Under the pieces are notes generated by a model. It searched no databases and had not been told where the DNA came from. It worked only from the letters and a program-made list of their open reading frames with translations. A stretch of 64,000 bases of DNA from Octopus sinensis (lineage: Eukaryota), in assembly GCF_006345805.1 (NCBI RefSeq), contig NC_043006.1, positions 99,200,001 to 99,264,000 of the forward strand, written 5' to 3'. Below, one piece after another: positions 1 through 12,900 of the stretch (position 1 is the first letter of the stretch; each line of letters opens with the position of its first letter). The position numbers were made by a program, and so were the translations under genes.

Positions 1-1125
1 GTCGATCACACGATCCTATTGAAAAAACTATCCAACATTGGTGTCTCTGGAAAGTTACTGAAATGGATTAAGTGTTTCCTGACAGACAGATCTCAACATG
101 TTGTAGTTGAAGGGGTAAAATCAAGCCCAGCCAAAGTCAGTAGTGGCGTTCCGCAAGGCACTGTGCTGGGCCCACTTCTTTTCATCATTTACATTAATGA
201 CATTAATGACATCATCAAGCACAGCAACATAAAAATCTTTGCAGATGACTCCAAGCTACAGAAGGTCATAAATGAGGCGAGTGACCGGACATGCCTTCAG
301 TCAGATCTACTGGCTGTTATCCAATGGGCAGAAAAAAACAATATGCTGCTGAACGAGGATAAATTTGAGCTAATCCACTTTGGAAAAGAGGATGCCCTGA
401 AACTCCCATACTCCCTTCCTTCAGGTGAAACTCTCGCGGCGTCCAACAACATCAGAGACTTGGGAGTAATTGTGGACAACAACGTAAGCTGGGCCACTCA
501 TATAAACACCAAAGTTGACATGGCCCGCAGAATGTGTTCCTGGATTCTCAGAACTTTCCAGTCGAGAGATATCCACACCATTATCCTTCTCTTCTCCACT
601 TTTGCCCGACCCCACCTTGAATACTGTTGTCCACTGTGGTCTCCCCACACAATACAAGGTATCATAAAAGTTGAAGCACCTCAAAGGGCAATCACAAAAA
701 AGATAGATGGCATGACAGGCCTCGACTATTGGGGTCGACTAGAACAGCTAAAACTCTATTCTCTCCAACGTCGTCGTGAGCGCTACATCATCTGCATGAT
801 GTGGAAAATATTCCATCAGCATTGCCCAAATGATGTTGGCATCTCCTTTAAGGTACATCCAAGGCTTGGGCTCCGTGCCATCCGCCCAAAACAAAAATCG
901 CACTCTCATCTCATAACAACAATACGGCACAATTATTTCACCTCAATTGGCCCCGCTCTCTTAAACGTTACACCAAAACACATTAAAACAGAAACTGAGC
1001 CTATAGGGTTCAAGAAGTCTTTGGACAGATTCCTTCAAGAAATCCCGGATAAACCCCCTACACCCGGATATGTCTCTGTAAACAATAACTCTCTACTTGA
1101 GTGGGCTATAGTGCCCAAATTCTGA
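1..1125 (+). CDS. LINE ORF2 reverse transcriptase, C-terminal part (frame open from base 1: VDHTILLKKL...)
   Basis: Motifs GVPQGTVLGPLLFIIYIND, IFADDSKL, IRDLGVIVD, RPHLEYCCPLWSP, LYSLQRRRERY. No stops across 375 codons. Confidence 0.93.
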   Translation, partial: VDHTILLKKLSNIGVSGKLLKWIKCFLTDRSQHVVVEGVKSSPAKVSSGVPQGTVLGPLLFIIYINDINDIIKHSNIKIFADDSKLQKVINEASDRTCLQSDLLAVIQWAEKNNMLLNEDKFELIHFGKEDALKLPYSLPSGETLAASNNIRDLGVIVDNNVSWATHINTKVDMARRMCSWILRTFQSRDIHTIILLFSTFARPHLEYCCPLWSPHTIQGIIKVEAPQRAITKKIDGMTGLDYWGRLEQLKLYSLQRRRERYIICMMWKIFHQHCPNDVGISFKVHPRLGLRAIRPKQKSHSHLITTIRHNYFTSIGPALLNVTPKHIKTETEPIGFKKSLDRFLQEIPDKPPTPGYVSVNNNSLLEWAIVPKF

Positions 1126-1218
1126 CTTGAAAGACTTCACCAGGTGGTGCTATTAAGTTAGACATGGCCTGGGCCAATAATGGCCGAAACCTATCAAAGT
1201 ATCAAAGTATCAAAGTAT
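1..1218 (+). mobile_element. CR1-group non-LTR retrotransposon, 3' end (continues upstream of the window)
   Basis: Uninterrupted RT ORF to 1125, a short 3' UTR with a GGCC-AATAAT-GGCC stem-loop, then an (ATCAAAGT)3 tail at 1193-1216. Tandem-repeat tails are typical of CR1/L2-group LINEs. Confidence 0.9.
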
Positions 1219-1859
1219 ATATGTCCCGCACGCATTTACAAGTTTAGCTTACTCTGTTTCATGCTACTCTATACTCTAGTATTTTCTCCTTGCGTTCACT
1301 AGTTTCCTCTCCTTCTGGTCCAATGACTCTCCATGTTTGTTTTCGTTCAGTGCCCTTGTATATCTCCACCAACATGTTATCGTTACCAACTTTAGCCCTC
1401 CATAAATCCAAGATTTCTTTTGGGAATTTATGGGAGCAAATGTTTTTTAGACTCATTTTGTCGTGGCATGCACGAAATGAGGAGTAGATACACAGACCAC
1501 AACTGATGGAGTGTCTTTCTCTGCGCTTACGTGTCCTGTTTTCCATTTTTTCTCTCGCTGTTTACCTATTTAACTCTTTTTTTTCTTACTTCGTGTTGTT
1601 TACACAGTTAGTAACGTCTCGTACCCATATATGCATATACATATTTATTTTTTTTTTATTATTTAATTGAACGCTACGCAGCCATTTCCAGGTACACACA
1701 CATATACATACACATAGTTATATGTATATGTGTATGTGTCGTGTGTGTCTGTGTTTGTGTACGTTTACATATGCATAAATATCTATGAGTGGTTTAACGT
1801 GTGGCACTAATACTGAAAGATAAAAAAGTACGTTACACTCAGAACAATATTAAATTCGT

Positions 1860-4530
1860 AGCTTAAATGAGTGTATTCAGTTTAATATAATATTGTCAGC
1901 AAATTAATCCCCAGTTCTACAGTATTTACTACGTCACTTCCAGTTATACTGGAATTAATATAATATAAGTCACTTTGAATTATGTTCACAGAGTATCCTA
2001 AGTTTCATTGGTAATGAATATCCAATATTCTCAATTAGCTTGGCGTCTGGAGAGTTAAATTATAAATTCGTATTTGTTGAATTTAATTGGAAATGACTTT
2101 CAAGAATCAAATCAGACTCGCATCTTGGTATTTTTGATATAAATATTTTGAAACTGATATCTAGTATTTTATAAAATGATTGATTAAATTAGGAGTTTAC
2201 TTCTTACTGGCATCTATTGATTAAAATGTTCACGAATATCTTCAGGTTGTCGCAACAATATCTTTATATTAGAAATTATATATTTGACGTATTTTTAATT
2301 TTCGTTTGATATAGTAATAATTACCCGGAATTATTAGTACGATATTATCTACATTTCTTTCATTAAGTCCAGGAGCATCTAATTAATATATCTTCGTGCA
2401 ACTAACACATATTCGTTTTCTTTTCTCCAATGAAAGAAAGTATTATCAAACTAAAATTATTTTAGAATATCATATAACAAGAAATGAATATAATGTATTG
2501 CGCTTAGTAGTATATTTATATGTTCTCTCAATGAAATGAATTCATAGATTACAATATTTTAAACTTACTGAAATGAGTTCGCAGTTAACTACTTAAAATA
2601 ATGTCCATAAATTTCCCAAAATATTTACATTGACATATCCGAGTAAGAGTAAATCATACACTAATCAAACCGCCAACTTCAACGATATCTTTTTGTCTTA
2701 GAAATATGTTACTGGGTCAAATCTATAGTTGTAAATAATTTGCGATATGTTTATCTACTTCGAAACTATATATAACTTTCTGAGAAGGATTTGAGATATG
2801 AACACTGCATACCTTTCCGCGGCTTATTTCCGAGCAGTATACACTGGATATTTAATATTTTTCTAGAACTGGGCAGTCAGATAATTTCCAGGGTATATTA
2901 AATGTCTATCTATTTTCATGAATCACAAATGCTCCAAGTTACAATATACACCCTGATCTTCATTGTGTTGATTTGCACGTATACCATCCGAAATTTTGGA
3001 ATCGAATTCAATTGTCTATCGTGTGGTTTAATTTTCGTTCGGCCACGCTTGTTGCCATCGTCATTCTTCATAATTTCCATCACAGATTTATATATCGATA
3101 TTTGATTGTAGGTCATTATAAAAAGAAACATATGGAAAGCATTTTAATTCAAAACATAATTGAGTTACATCTCATCTCTCATAGATGTTAGTGTGTCTAA
3201 ATAATCATCACTCACCTCATGTTGCCGAACATTGTAGAATATCAATCAATCAGTATCGAACTGGAGGACCAAGTAGTAGTAAGAAGACAGGGAATTGACA
3301 AAGGAAGTTGATTTGTTTGCGCCTCGCCAACTGGAAAATTCCCAAGTCACGTTCATTGATGGAAGGTCTGCTTGATTAATATTATTGAAGCTGGCTATTA
3401 TCCAATGTGAAAGTTGGTTGGAAATTAACATCTGGCTATCAAGGTTAATATCTTTAACAAAGGGGATTGGGCAAAGTACCTCATAAAATTTTTAAAAAAC
3501 ATTTAGCTATGATGCATTGCTCCAGTAACAGCTTATCATTAATCCATAATGCGTCGACCCAGGGGATATTTAACAAATACTGAAAACTCCAGCGAAGTGT
3601 ATAAAGTTCCGTTTTGGGTGTACTGGTATTGCGATGACAAAAAGTTAAGCATGCTCATTCACTGAGGAAGCGGATTTAATATACTTGACAATGCTAACTG
3701 TAAAGGTCAATAAGAATGCAAACTTTGCTATTTATCAATTTAAGTTGTATGTATCTGATATCTGAAGTGTACTAGGTGCATCTCACAAATATACAGCATC
3801 TTTAGTGGAGAATAACCCAGAAAAATTTCAGAGGCAAATGCGATTCGCTTACTGAAAGTATAATGGGTGTCATCAACCAGCATATGATAAAAGAAAAACT
3901 TTTCCCTGTGATATTTCATATCAAGTTCTATGTTAGATTTCCAAAGTTCCAAAACTGAAAGTGGACCTGAATATGTAGATATAAGGGTGAAGCAAGTGCC
4001 CGGAATGTACATTCTGTGTTCAGAGTAAATTCATTCTAATACTTTGTCAGGGAACACATTTTTCAGTAGGGTTTTGTATAACTGTCAGCCGATTGCATAA
4101 TTGTGTCAGCGTTATTAGCTTCCTATATTTAAGTTTCATCATTCATATCTGGATCGGTAATCCTCCAGAATACTTCCTTTCATCCTGATGTCTTGCTTTA
4201 GATAAAATAAGTGCTACGTACACATTGAAGACGATAAATAGTTTATCATCTCCTAAACATATTGCAGTATGTTTATGTTAGAAATCACTATTTCTCTTAG
4301 CATAATGTATTTCAATGAGGATGCTAATATGAAGAATGGGAGCTTTACTACAGCATATAATTCGTTTTGCATTCCATGTAAAATTGTTACAGCATTCAAT
4401 CTGAATATGTTACCTTGTTTCCAAAAATATGTCGCAGGAAAATATGTTGCTACAAGATTCCCTTCTAACATATTACTGAATCATAAGTTAATGCAAAATA
4501 ATCAATACGCTGGTCATAAAAATATGTATT
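1860..4530 (-). pseudogene. Decayed ectodomain of an LDLa-LRR (type-C LGR/GRL101-like) receptor
   Basis: Manual minus-strand translation with stops and frameshifts. LDLa-like: ICDGNYE (3087-3067), WYTCKST..SGCI, WSICDS. LRR-like: KILDISF (~2170), LRILCEHN, NTVELGINLLTIL (~1929-1891). The Cys- and N-glycosylation-rich segment upstream is unassigned. Confidence 0.5.
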
Positions 4531-4663
4531 AAAGAGCTGTTTTGTTGGCGGTAAAAATGACGTGCCTGTTTGTCCGGTTACTAGACTATCGGTTTAACTT
4601 TAAATATGTATATTTTCATATTCAAACATGAGGGCACAGACACACAGCATATACACACACATG

Positions 4664-4740
<77 letters not shown>

Positions 4741-4959
4741 TATATATGCCATTAGTAGTTGTAATAATAATAACAACTCTTATAAATCAACTTTACCAAA
4801 CACAACAATAAATACACACACAAAATCCAAAACCTAGATAATAGAAACCCAAACCTTAAGACTAATCAAACCCAGATACATTAGAATCCGTCAGGAATTA
4901 GAAAAAACTTGTTACAGACAAGAAATTAAAACCTAACGACACAAATCCAATTGCTGCTT

Positions 4960-5900
4960 CAAGCACCCGAGCAAACAGACCTGACCGTAAATATAAAAAC
5001 CAGGACGTCATTTGATATAACCTAATCTGGAGCTCCGACATCTCATCTAAGATCCCGACACAATTTTTCACCGCGCTTGATCGCTGCGTCCCTAAAAATG
5101 GAGTGTACAGCAAACTATTCAACAGTCAGACTACAAAACTATCCTATGCAAATTCTTCAAACTTTGAGCACTATATTCATAGGATTAACAAACGTAAACT
5201 GAGACGACGTTTAGTCACCACTCAAAATAACCTTCTCAACATCAACCATACCTCAAATGATTAACCTAAAGACAACGTTTATAACTCGAATTATATTACC
5301 AACCAACAGAGCCATAGCTACAATATCCATGGTACCATACAAAAAAATGACACCACCAACAATTCAAATTATAAACTGAGAAAACCTAGCGATAATAAAA
5401 CGATAATACTGACTACCAAAATATCGAAGAGAACCAATCCCTCTAGCGTCCGATGTATACAAGCCAGCAAAATCGAGCAGTTATGCTCATGAAGAGACAG
5501 AGCCAATTGTCCTATGGATAACCAATGTATGGTTAATAACGTCATATACAAGTGCGCTATAAACACTACAGTAAGCTCCTACGTATATATCGGGGCATCG
5601 GCCGCTTTTGCAGAAATTGATACTGCAACCACAGCTTTCGAAATATCCTTAAACGACATGTAATATCGCTGGCCGATTTTATCTGGAGGCTTAAGGAAGT
5701 GAAGACAAAATACGACATTCCATGGTCCATAAACAGACATGCGAGTCCGTACAATACTATATCGTAGAAATCCCAGTTATGCTCCGAGGACTCACTCCCG
5801 ATGATATTAACAAAGGAGCGCATTTTAAATAAATTCAATGAACAGTTACCCAGATGCCTACACGCATCCAAAAATATATTCACATATTACAATCCTGACC
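4960..5900 (+). mobile_element. Degenerate Penelope-like element, 3' part with GIY-YIG endonuclease (Neptune/Naiad-type)
   Basis: Broken frames give QFFTALDRCVPKNGVYSKLFNSQTTKLSYAN, CS*RDRANCPMD, CMVNNVIYKCAINTTVSSYVYIGAS, FIWRLKE and ILNKFNEQLPRCLH, matching PLE linker and GIY-YIG motifs. Confidence 0.75.
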
Positions 5901-6518
5901 ATACAAAACTTGCTGTATACATGGCGCGAACAACTCTTAAGATACCTGAACTTGAGAAACTATATTCGAATAAATTGTATTTGACAAATGATAATGCAGC
6001 CTAGATCCATATACGTATATGTATTTATGTATATGTATGTGAGTGTGTGCATCGATGTGTGTATATGCATATATCTATATGTGAATGTGTGTATGTATGT
6101 ATGCATACATATGTGTGTGTGTGTCTGTGTGTGTCTGTGTGTGCGTGTGTGTATGTGTGTGTGCGAGTGTGTATATGTACATGCGTCTCTATCTTGATTT
6201 ATATGCTTACCGGTTCGATGAAATAAACTGTTCTGAATATTTGAATGCGTGTGCTTCTTTATACAGTCAATAATTACAGTTATTGAAAGTTCAAAATCTA
6301 TCATAAGAAATGTTATTAAACATTATACCTTTTTCAGCCTATCAACGTTGACAGCAACTATTGCTAGTTTAGTACTACACTGTCCTGGCCATAAAACAAT
6401 AGGGAGAAGTTTGAACTAGACTGGAATATTATTTAAAGCGTAGGAAACGATCCTGCAATGCATTACATCAAGTGCTAGAATGTTTCTGCATACTCTCCTC
6501 CAGTTTTTGTTTCTCTGC

Positions 6519-6742
6519 TACTTACTCTTTACTCTCTTTTACTCATTTACTTCTTTCAGTCATTTGACTGCGGCCATGATGGAGCACCGCCTTTAGTCGA
6601 GCAAATCGACCCCAGGACTTATTCTTTGTAAGCCCAGTACTTAATCTATCGGTCTCTTTTGCCGAACCGCTAAGTAACGGGGACGCAAGCATACCAGGAT
6701 CGGTTGTCAAGCAATGCTAGGGGGACAAACACAGATACACAA

Positions 6743-6796
<54 letters not shown>

Positions 6797-6993
6797 TATA
6801 TATATATAATATATATATATATACATATATACGACAGGCTTTTTTCAGTTTCCGTCTACCAAATCCACTCACAAGGCATTGGTCGGCCCGGGGCTATAGC
6901 AGAAGACACTTGCCCAAGATGCCACGCAGTGGGATGAACCCGGAACCATGTGTTGGTTAGCAAGCTACTTACCACACAGCCACTCCTGCGCCT
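6519..6993 (-). mobile_element. tRNA-derived SINE with CORE-like domain and internal microsatellite (family B), full length
   Basis: Minus-strand head AGGCGCAGGAGTGGCTGTGTGGTAAG with a B-box-like motif, then GCATCTTGGGCAAGTGTCTTC, internal (TA)/(TG) tract and (TAAAAGAG)-like tail. Closely similar to the copy at 49787-50193. Confidence 0.88.
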
Positions 6994-7619
6994 ACTTGTT
7001 GAAAAAACAAAGCAAATACAGGCTCCACATTGAGAAGCGCGTGGATGAATACACCTTAGATATTGTATCTTTAGATAATAACAGTAAAATTAATATGTTT
7101 TTAATATTATAGCCAACTGATTATTTATACTATCGACTTTTTTAATTTGTTTCTTCCATTTTCTCATCATCCCATTTCTAATTAAAACCTGGATAAAACC
7201 TGTTAGTTTAGACACTTGCTAAATAAACTAATAACTCACAAACTGGTTATTAATTTCGTTATCTTAAAACGGCAAACTGTGAGAATTTGTTGTATTCTCA
7301 TCAATCAAGTAATGAACCGTTAATAGTTTGATCATTCTTCATATGTATTAATAGTTGATAAAATTTAAACGAATATGGTAACATATTAATTACACTTTTT
7401 TTTAATTCCCTTACAAGCGGTCAAAGTAAGTAACGAGCCGAAATTAGATGTAAAACATGTTTCAATTTTCAACTATCAAGGAATATTCAGCTGATAAATT
7501 TCATACCCTAATGCATACTACGGATGACAAAAGTCTATCCTTGTGTGATTCTTTCACTAAATTCGATACGTTGCTCAGCTTCAGATCCTGATCAAATGTA
7601 ACATTAGAAATGTGCATTT

Positions 7620-8502
7620 TTGTATCATTTAAAAAGTCCCGGGCGAGTTCTGTAGCGTGCCAACAGATGTCAGTACACGGCTGTGGGCGCTGTGAGAGAA
7701 AGCAGTGACCATCATGAGGCAGTGTGTCGAGTGATATCGTTGTGTTTACTTCGCAAGTTGTCAAATCTGTGCTTTTGTATACACGTATATGCTGTACTAG
7801 GCGATTTTTGTTACAGACAAGAAGTTGGAACAAAGTGCCAAGGTGAAATCATGCGTTAAACTTGGGGAAATCTACTACAGAGCCATTCAGTATGTTTCGG
7901 TAACCTTACGGCGATGACACAATGGATTGTACGCAATGTTTCTAGTTGTGTGAACGCTTCAAAAGGAAGACAGAGTCACAACGCACTCAAGAGCATGCTC
8001 ATCGTTGTTTTTGTCAGTTGCGGTATTGTGCATCGAGAATCACCGCTCCCCCGAGGTCAGATCGTCAATCGAGAGTTCTACTGCAATATTTTGAAGTGTT
8101 TAAAGGAGACCATTCAGAGAAAGCGACTGGATCTGTGCAGCGCGAAGAATTGGATTTCTTCAAGAAAAATAATGAACCTTGTTTCTGAGCCCCCACCCCC
8201 CATGAGTTTCTCGCCAAAAACAACATGGTATCGCTTCAATAACCCAACTATTCGCCAGATTTAGCACCTGCGTACTTTTATTTCTTCCTCAAGATGAAAA
8301 TGCAGCTCAAAGGTCACCGTTGTCAAGATCCAGAGCGAATCGTAGAGGTTTACTCTTCTCGCTTACTGAAAACGACTTGCAGGCTGGAACCGGTGTAATA
8401 AAGCGGCTAGGTGGCTTTCTCGAAGGAGACGATGTTAAAACTTGGGTAAATAAGTTATTTTTATAACGTAGGTAGTCCTGAAACTTTTTTTATACTACGT
8501 CG
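7620..8502 (+). mobile_element. Internally deleted mariner element
   Basis: Transposase fragments AKVKSCVKLG, MLIVVFVSCGIVHRE..GQIVNREFYCNILKCLKE, EFLAKNNMV and YSPDLAPA. TIR-like right end ...AAACTTTTTTTATACTACGTCG followed by TA. Confidence 0.8.
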
Positions 8503-8537
<35 letters not shown>

Positions 8538-8542
8538 ATGTC

Positions 8543-8616
<74 letters not shown>

Positions 8617-10559
8617 ACAATACTCAACAACTCCTTAGAAGAGAAAAAGTGAGGGGTATCATGGTAGAGGATGTAATAATTTTAATATTCATCGTAGCTT
8701 CTCATTTTTTGCTATGAGGGAGCAAAAATCATTCAAGTCTCCTTTTAGCAATAAAACTGATGTATACATCAATATTCCTATAAGCCTGTGGAATGCTGGT
8801 CTTTTAATTATCGGTGGAACCCTTTTGTCACAACCTCCACTGGACACTTGTAACTTCTAAGCCGATGATTTGTCATCCGTATCCTAAATCACAGAGTTTG
8901 AAATAATTACTCACATTTTTAATTAACCTGATAGACACTGGGGACATTCATAACAATAGAGTACTTTCGTTTTGCTTATATTTCAGTGTACCGGGGTGTG
9001 ATATTACACACTGTGTTAAAAGAATATGAGATAACAGAATATAAAATTGTGATCTTCAATCATAAATCATATAAATTTCTAACGATTTTACGATACCAAA
9101 ATCGCAGATAGAGGCGACAGAAATTACACAGGAAAGGGAAGTTTTATTGTTCTATTAGCAATCGGAAACTAATGAATATTTAAATCAAATGTCTAACCGA
9201 AAATACAGGCAAAGGAAAAATATTACAAGTAAAACGACGAGTAACAGAGACGACAGTTTATATAAATAAAAGTAACACAGAAATTTATAAGCAACCTTAG
9301 CAAATGAAACGTAAAATGTGTAGAGTTAAACTAATATCAGACATCATAAATATTAATGTTCAATTGTTTTCTTTTTTTGTTTAGCTTTCAATAGGTCTAT
9401 ATTTTGTCGTTACCATTATGTTTCCATCTCAACTCAGATGTCATCGTCATTACCAAAACTAATATCACTATAGTTGATTTTTCCAATCGATTTCCGAATT
9501 GTTCTTCACAACAAAATTAACATTCATTATTTGTGTAAAATATTGGGAGATAAATAGCACTTTCGCTCATTTTATTTACATCTGTGCTTAATTATGTCCA
9601 GAATTTATGCTATATTTAATCGGGTAAATGATGTGGCCAGCTCCTGCAGACTGTCGTTTGTGATCTTGGAACTATTGTGAATATCAATCGTGCTTTGGAT
9701 TTTATCAAGTGCCGGACTACTTACATCTTTAATGTTTGGTGAATAATAACCACTTTTCCAGAACTACTGATACTAGCGTTGTTAACGTGAGAGGTTGCCA
9801 TCCGAATTCTGGGTGTTTTGCATCCTTCCACATATGTTTCAGTCCAGTTACAATAGCTGATTCTAAAATGAACAGTTGATAGTGATAAACCAAGAGCAAT
9901 ATATTAAACAAAATGTGGTAGTTGAATTCACCGAAAACAGGTACGGGACAGAGAAATAAGACATTTTTTCATATACTACATAAAGCACGCTCTCAGCCGC
10001 TAAACTCAGAAATGCATATACTGAAAACATTTTCTACAAAAAATAAAATAAAATAAAAATAAAAACGAAGTAACATGTGACTTTTTATTATTATTTGTTG
10101 CTTTCAATCCTTCTAACTTTTCTTAGGAACTACGCATTTTTCTCAGTTATCTTAGATTGCAAAATTTCAGTTCAAATCCTTCTGGAGACAGATGTGTTTC
10201 TCTTCTTTTTAATTGTTTAAATTCTTCCTCCGAAAAAGGAACCGGTTTCTAAGAGAGATAAAACGTCCCATGGTTGATATGTGCACGTGTGTATATTTAT
10301 GTAGCCACATCAACACTTCCTCACTACTCGAAAATTCATTCAAACATCTTTAACGAGTTCAAAATACACAGACACGCACGAACACACAGACATGCAGACA
10401 TACACCCACACATACATAGATACACACAGAGTCACACACACACACACACACACGTAATAGCAGGAATTCATACCTCTCAATTACCAGTGCTTTTTGTCTT
10501 AAAAGAACGTAGATCAATAAAGTTATTTATCACAATATTGCTTCTGTAACGGCTCGTCT

Positions 10560-10870
10560 CCTTAGAAACCAAATTCAATATCCATGAGTACTAAATGATT
10601 ACGTAAACTTAGTAGCTGTGATATTCTTACTACCACAAGGAAATAAGAAAATAAAATCAACACAGCAACTTTTCTGCAAAAATAATGTTTTCCAATCACG
10701 GAAAGTCAATCCCAATGAATAACATCTTATTCTGGTAATCGTAAGTAACATATTTTCATGAAAACCAGCTCGGATTACATTGAGTATTGAATTTCGTGGC
10801 AAGACGATACGTTTAGATAATTGCATGAGATTTTCTAACCTTCTCACGCAGCCAGCAATGGTCTATAGCA
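10560..10870 (-). pseudogene. LGR-type 7TM remnant (ECL1-TM3)
   Basis: ORF 10599-10847 contains PRNSILNVIRAGFHENMLLTITRIRCYSLGLTF, resembling the WRxSxxCxxAGF...ExSxxxLTxITxDRYxxIxxPF segment of RXFP/GRL101. Confidence 0.5.
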
Positions 10871-11609
10871 CAGTAAATACTCTAATTCACTCTACGCCGA
10901 ATACCGGCTATGTATTTATATGTCTTTACACATATGAATAGAAGCATATATATATATATATATACACATGCGCGAGTGCACACACACACACACACACACA
11001 CACACCCGCATTACATGCATATATATATATACGGCCACAAAAGATACACTGACGTGTGGATAAACATATACATACACCAATATATATATATGTGCGTGTA
11101 TGTGTATATATATATATGTAAGTATTATGTATGTATATCATAAACAGAGAGAAAGAGAGAGTGTGAAGAAGAGAAGGAAAAGATAGGTAATATGAATACG
11201 CTGCTGTGTTAGGAAATATTGAGTATTTCCACACAGACCTATGAAGACGATTGTTCAGTACTATATATATATATATTATATATATATATATATACATGCC
11301 ACGCGCACATACTTATTTTGTCTATCTATCTTGTTCTCTTTCTCTCTCTCCCTCCCTCTCCCCCTCTCTCTCTCTGTTAGACACACGCATACATACACTC
11401 CTACGCACACATCTAAGCTGGTCTCGGTGGTTTTGACAGCTATATAGTCCCTCTTAATTACCCTATTAACACTAATCAATTGCATCTTCTGTGTCGCAAA
11501 TACTCATCTTCTTCATTCCACAAATTTCTTTGCTTGTTTTCTTGCTCTCATCAGCCTTCGTTGAAACCATGAGAACATTTTAGATGATTGCTTTACATGC
11601 AATATGGAT

Positions 11610-11649
<40 letters not shown>

Positions 11650-11746
11650 TAATCCAAACAAGAAAACAAAAACAAAAAACAACAACGCAAGGACGTGGAA
11701 CAAATAAAGTATTATTGGACGCTCAGGAAAGTAGGGTAGAAGGAGG

Positions 11747-11781
11747 GTTTGACGTTTCGAGCGGAGCCCTTCGTCGGAAAC
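11747..11781 (-). ncRNA. Minimal type-I hammerhead ribozyme motif (one core substitution)
   Basis: Minus strand: GTTT-CCGACGA-A-GGGC(TCC)GCTC-GAAA-C-GTC-AAAC. Stem I is GTTT/AAAC, the ACGT is palindromic, the cleavage triplet is GUC. Core reads CCGA instead of CUGA. Confidence 0.65.
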
Positions 11782-11790
11782 ATAGGAAAC

Positions 11791-11850
<60 letters not shown>

Positions 11851-12249
11851 TCTGTGTAGGTGCGTATGTGTGTATATATGTATATATGTATTTTTGTGTG
11901 TGTGTGTGTATACATACATACATACTCGGATGCAGAGACGAATTGTTGTCACCCTCAACTCCTAATCCGTCAGCAACAACCGGTCACTGTTTTCGTCATG
12001 CTGTTCCTGTCTCCCACACGTAACAAATCTTAATGTCCCTAATTTACCAAAGTTGGTGATTCATGGATGTCTTGAATCTTTCGACAGACAGAAAGTAATG
12101 TTCTACGCTTCTGTGTAAAGTTCACCAAGTATCACAATTTTGATGACATTTTGCCAAATACACATTAAATTACAAAAAAATGGATTCATATGTGTACGTG
12201 TTTTGGTGGAGTTAGAACGGAAATAATTGCTAGTAAGTTCTGTTTAGTT

Positions 12250-12900
12250 GACTGAAAACAATGCTATAGCTTCAGAAAGGAAAGAGCGTGGCGGTATATA
12301 TTACGAAAGAAGAGAAAGGATTGATGACGAGGATGAAGTGTGGAAGAGGAGGAACTACGTTCGAGCTCTTGCCGTTTTCCTCCGAGGTTTAAAGAAGAAA
12401 AAGACGAGAGAGAGAAAGGGAATTGAGAGGTAGGAAGTTCAGATAGGGTTTTGTGGAATGATTAGTTAGAAGAATTGTATACTTTGGTTTGAACAGTGTA
12501 AGGGCAGAAGTGCAGTCAGTTACGCAATAATGCTGGGTTTTTAAAATTAATCTGCAAATATGAGTGCCTTACGTTGTTTCCCAGTCTCAATATAATGGAT
12601 GCGGTGACAGAAAATGTGGAGACGGAGCATCTAAGAGAAGAAGTGATGTAAATTAGTGTTTAGGTTTCAGAAAACAAAATACGCGTAGGACTAGGTATCG
12701 GTGTGTTTGAAGAAGCCGAACTGATAATAGTGGGTTTATATAAGTTACGCTAATGACAAGAGAATGGCGGAAATTATTAGAAATGGAGAGAAGGGAGGAC
12801 AAAGATTAATACGAGGTAAAAGTGTTTAGGGAATCTTAAGAGAATTACTAAGTCATGGTAACGCATATAATTTCTATAATTGTTGGTTCCTTTGTTGCAT
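12250..12900 (-). mobile_element. Highly degenerate Penelope-like 3' end
   Basis: FCHRIHYIETGKQRKALIFAD resembles GIY-YIG YIGETGR. A downstream CGGAGGA...GAGCTCGAACGTA resembles a decayed hammerhead (12355-12392). Confidence 0.35.

Noticed and set aside
1165-1195. GGCC-AATAAT-GGCC-GAAAC resembling half a hammerhead
   Set aside because: Lacks the CUGANGA core; better explained as the LINE 3' stem-loop.
8640-10250. Possible further LGR fragments (Cys-containing frames)
   Set aside because: Motifs too weak to support by eye; retest with profile searches.
11530-11560. Minus-strand CTGATGAG
   Set aside because: No paired stem II or GAAA-stem III downstream.
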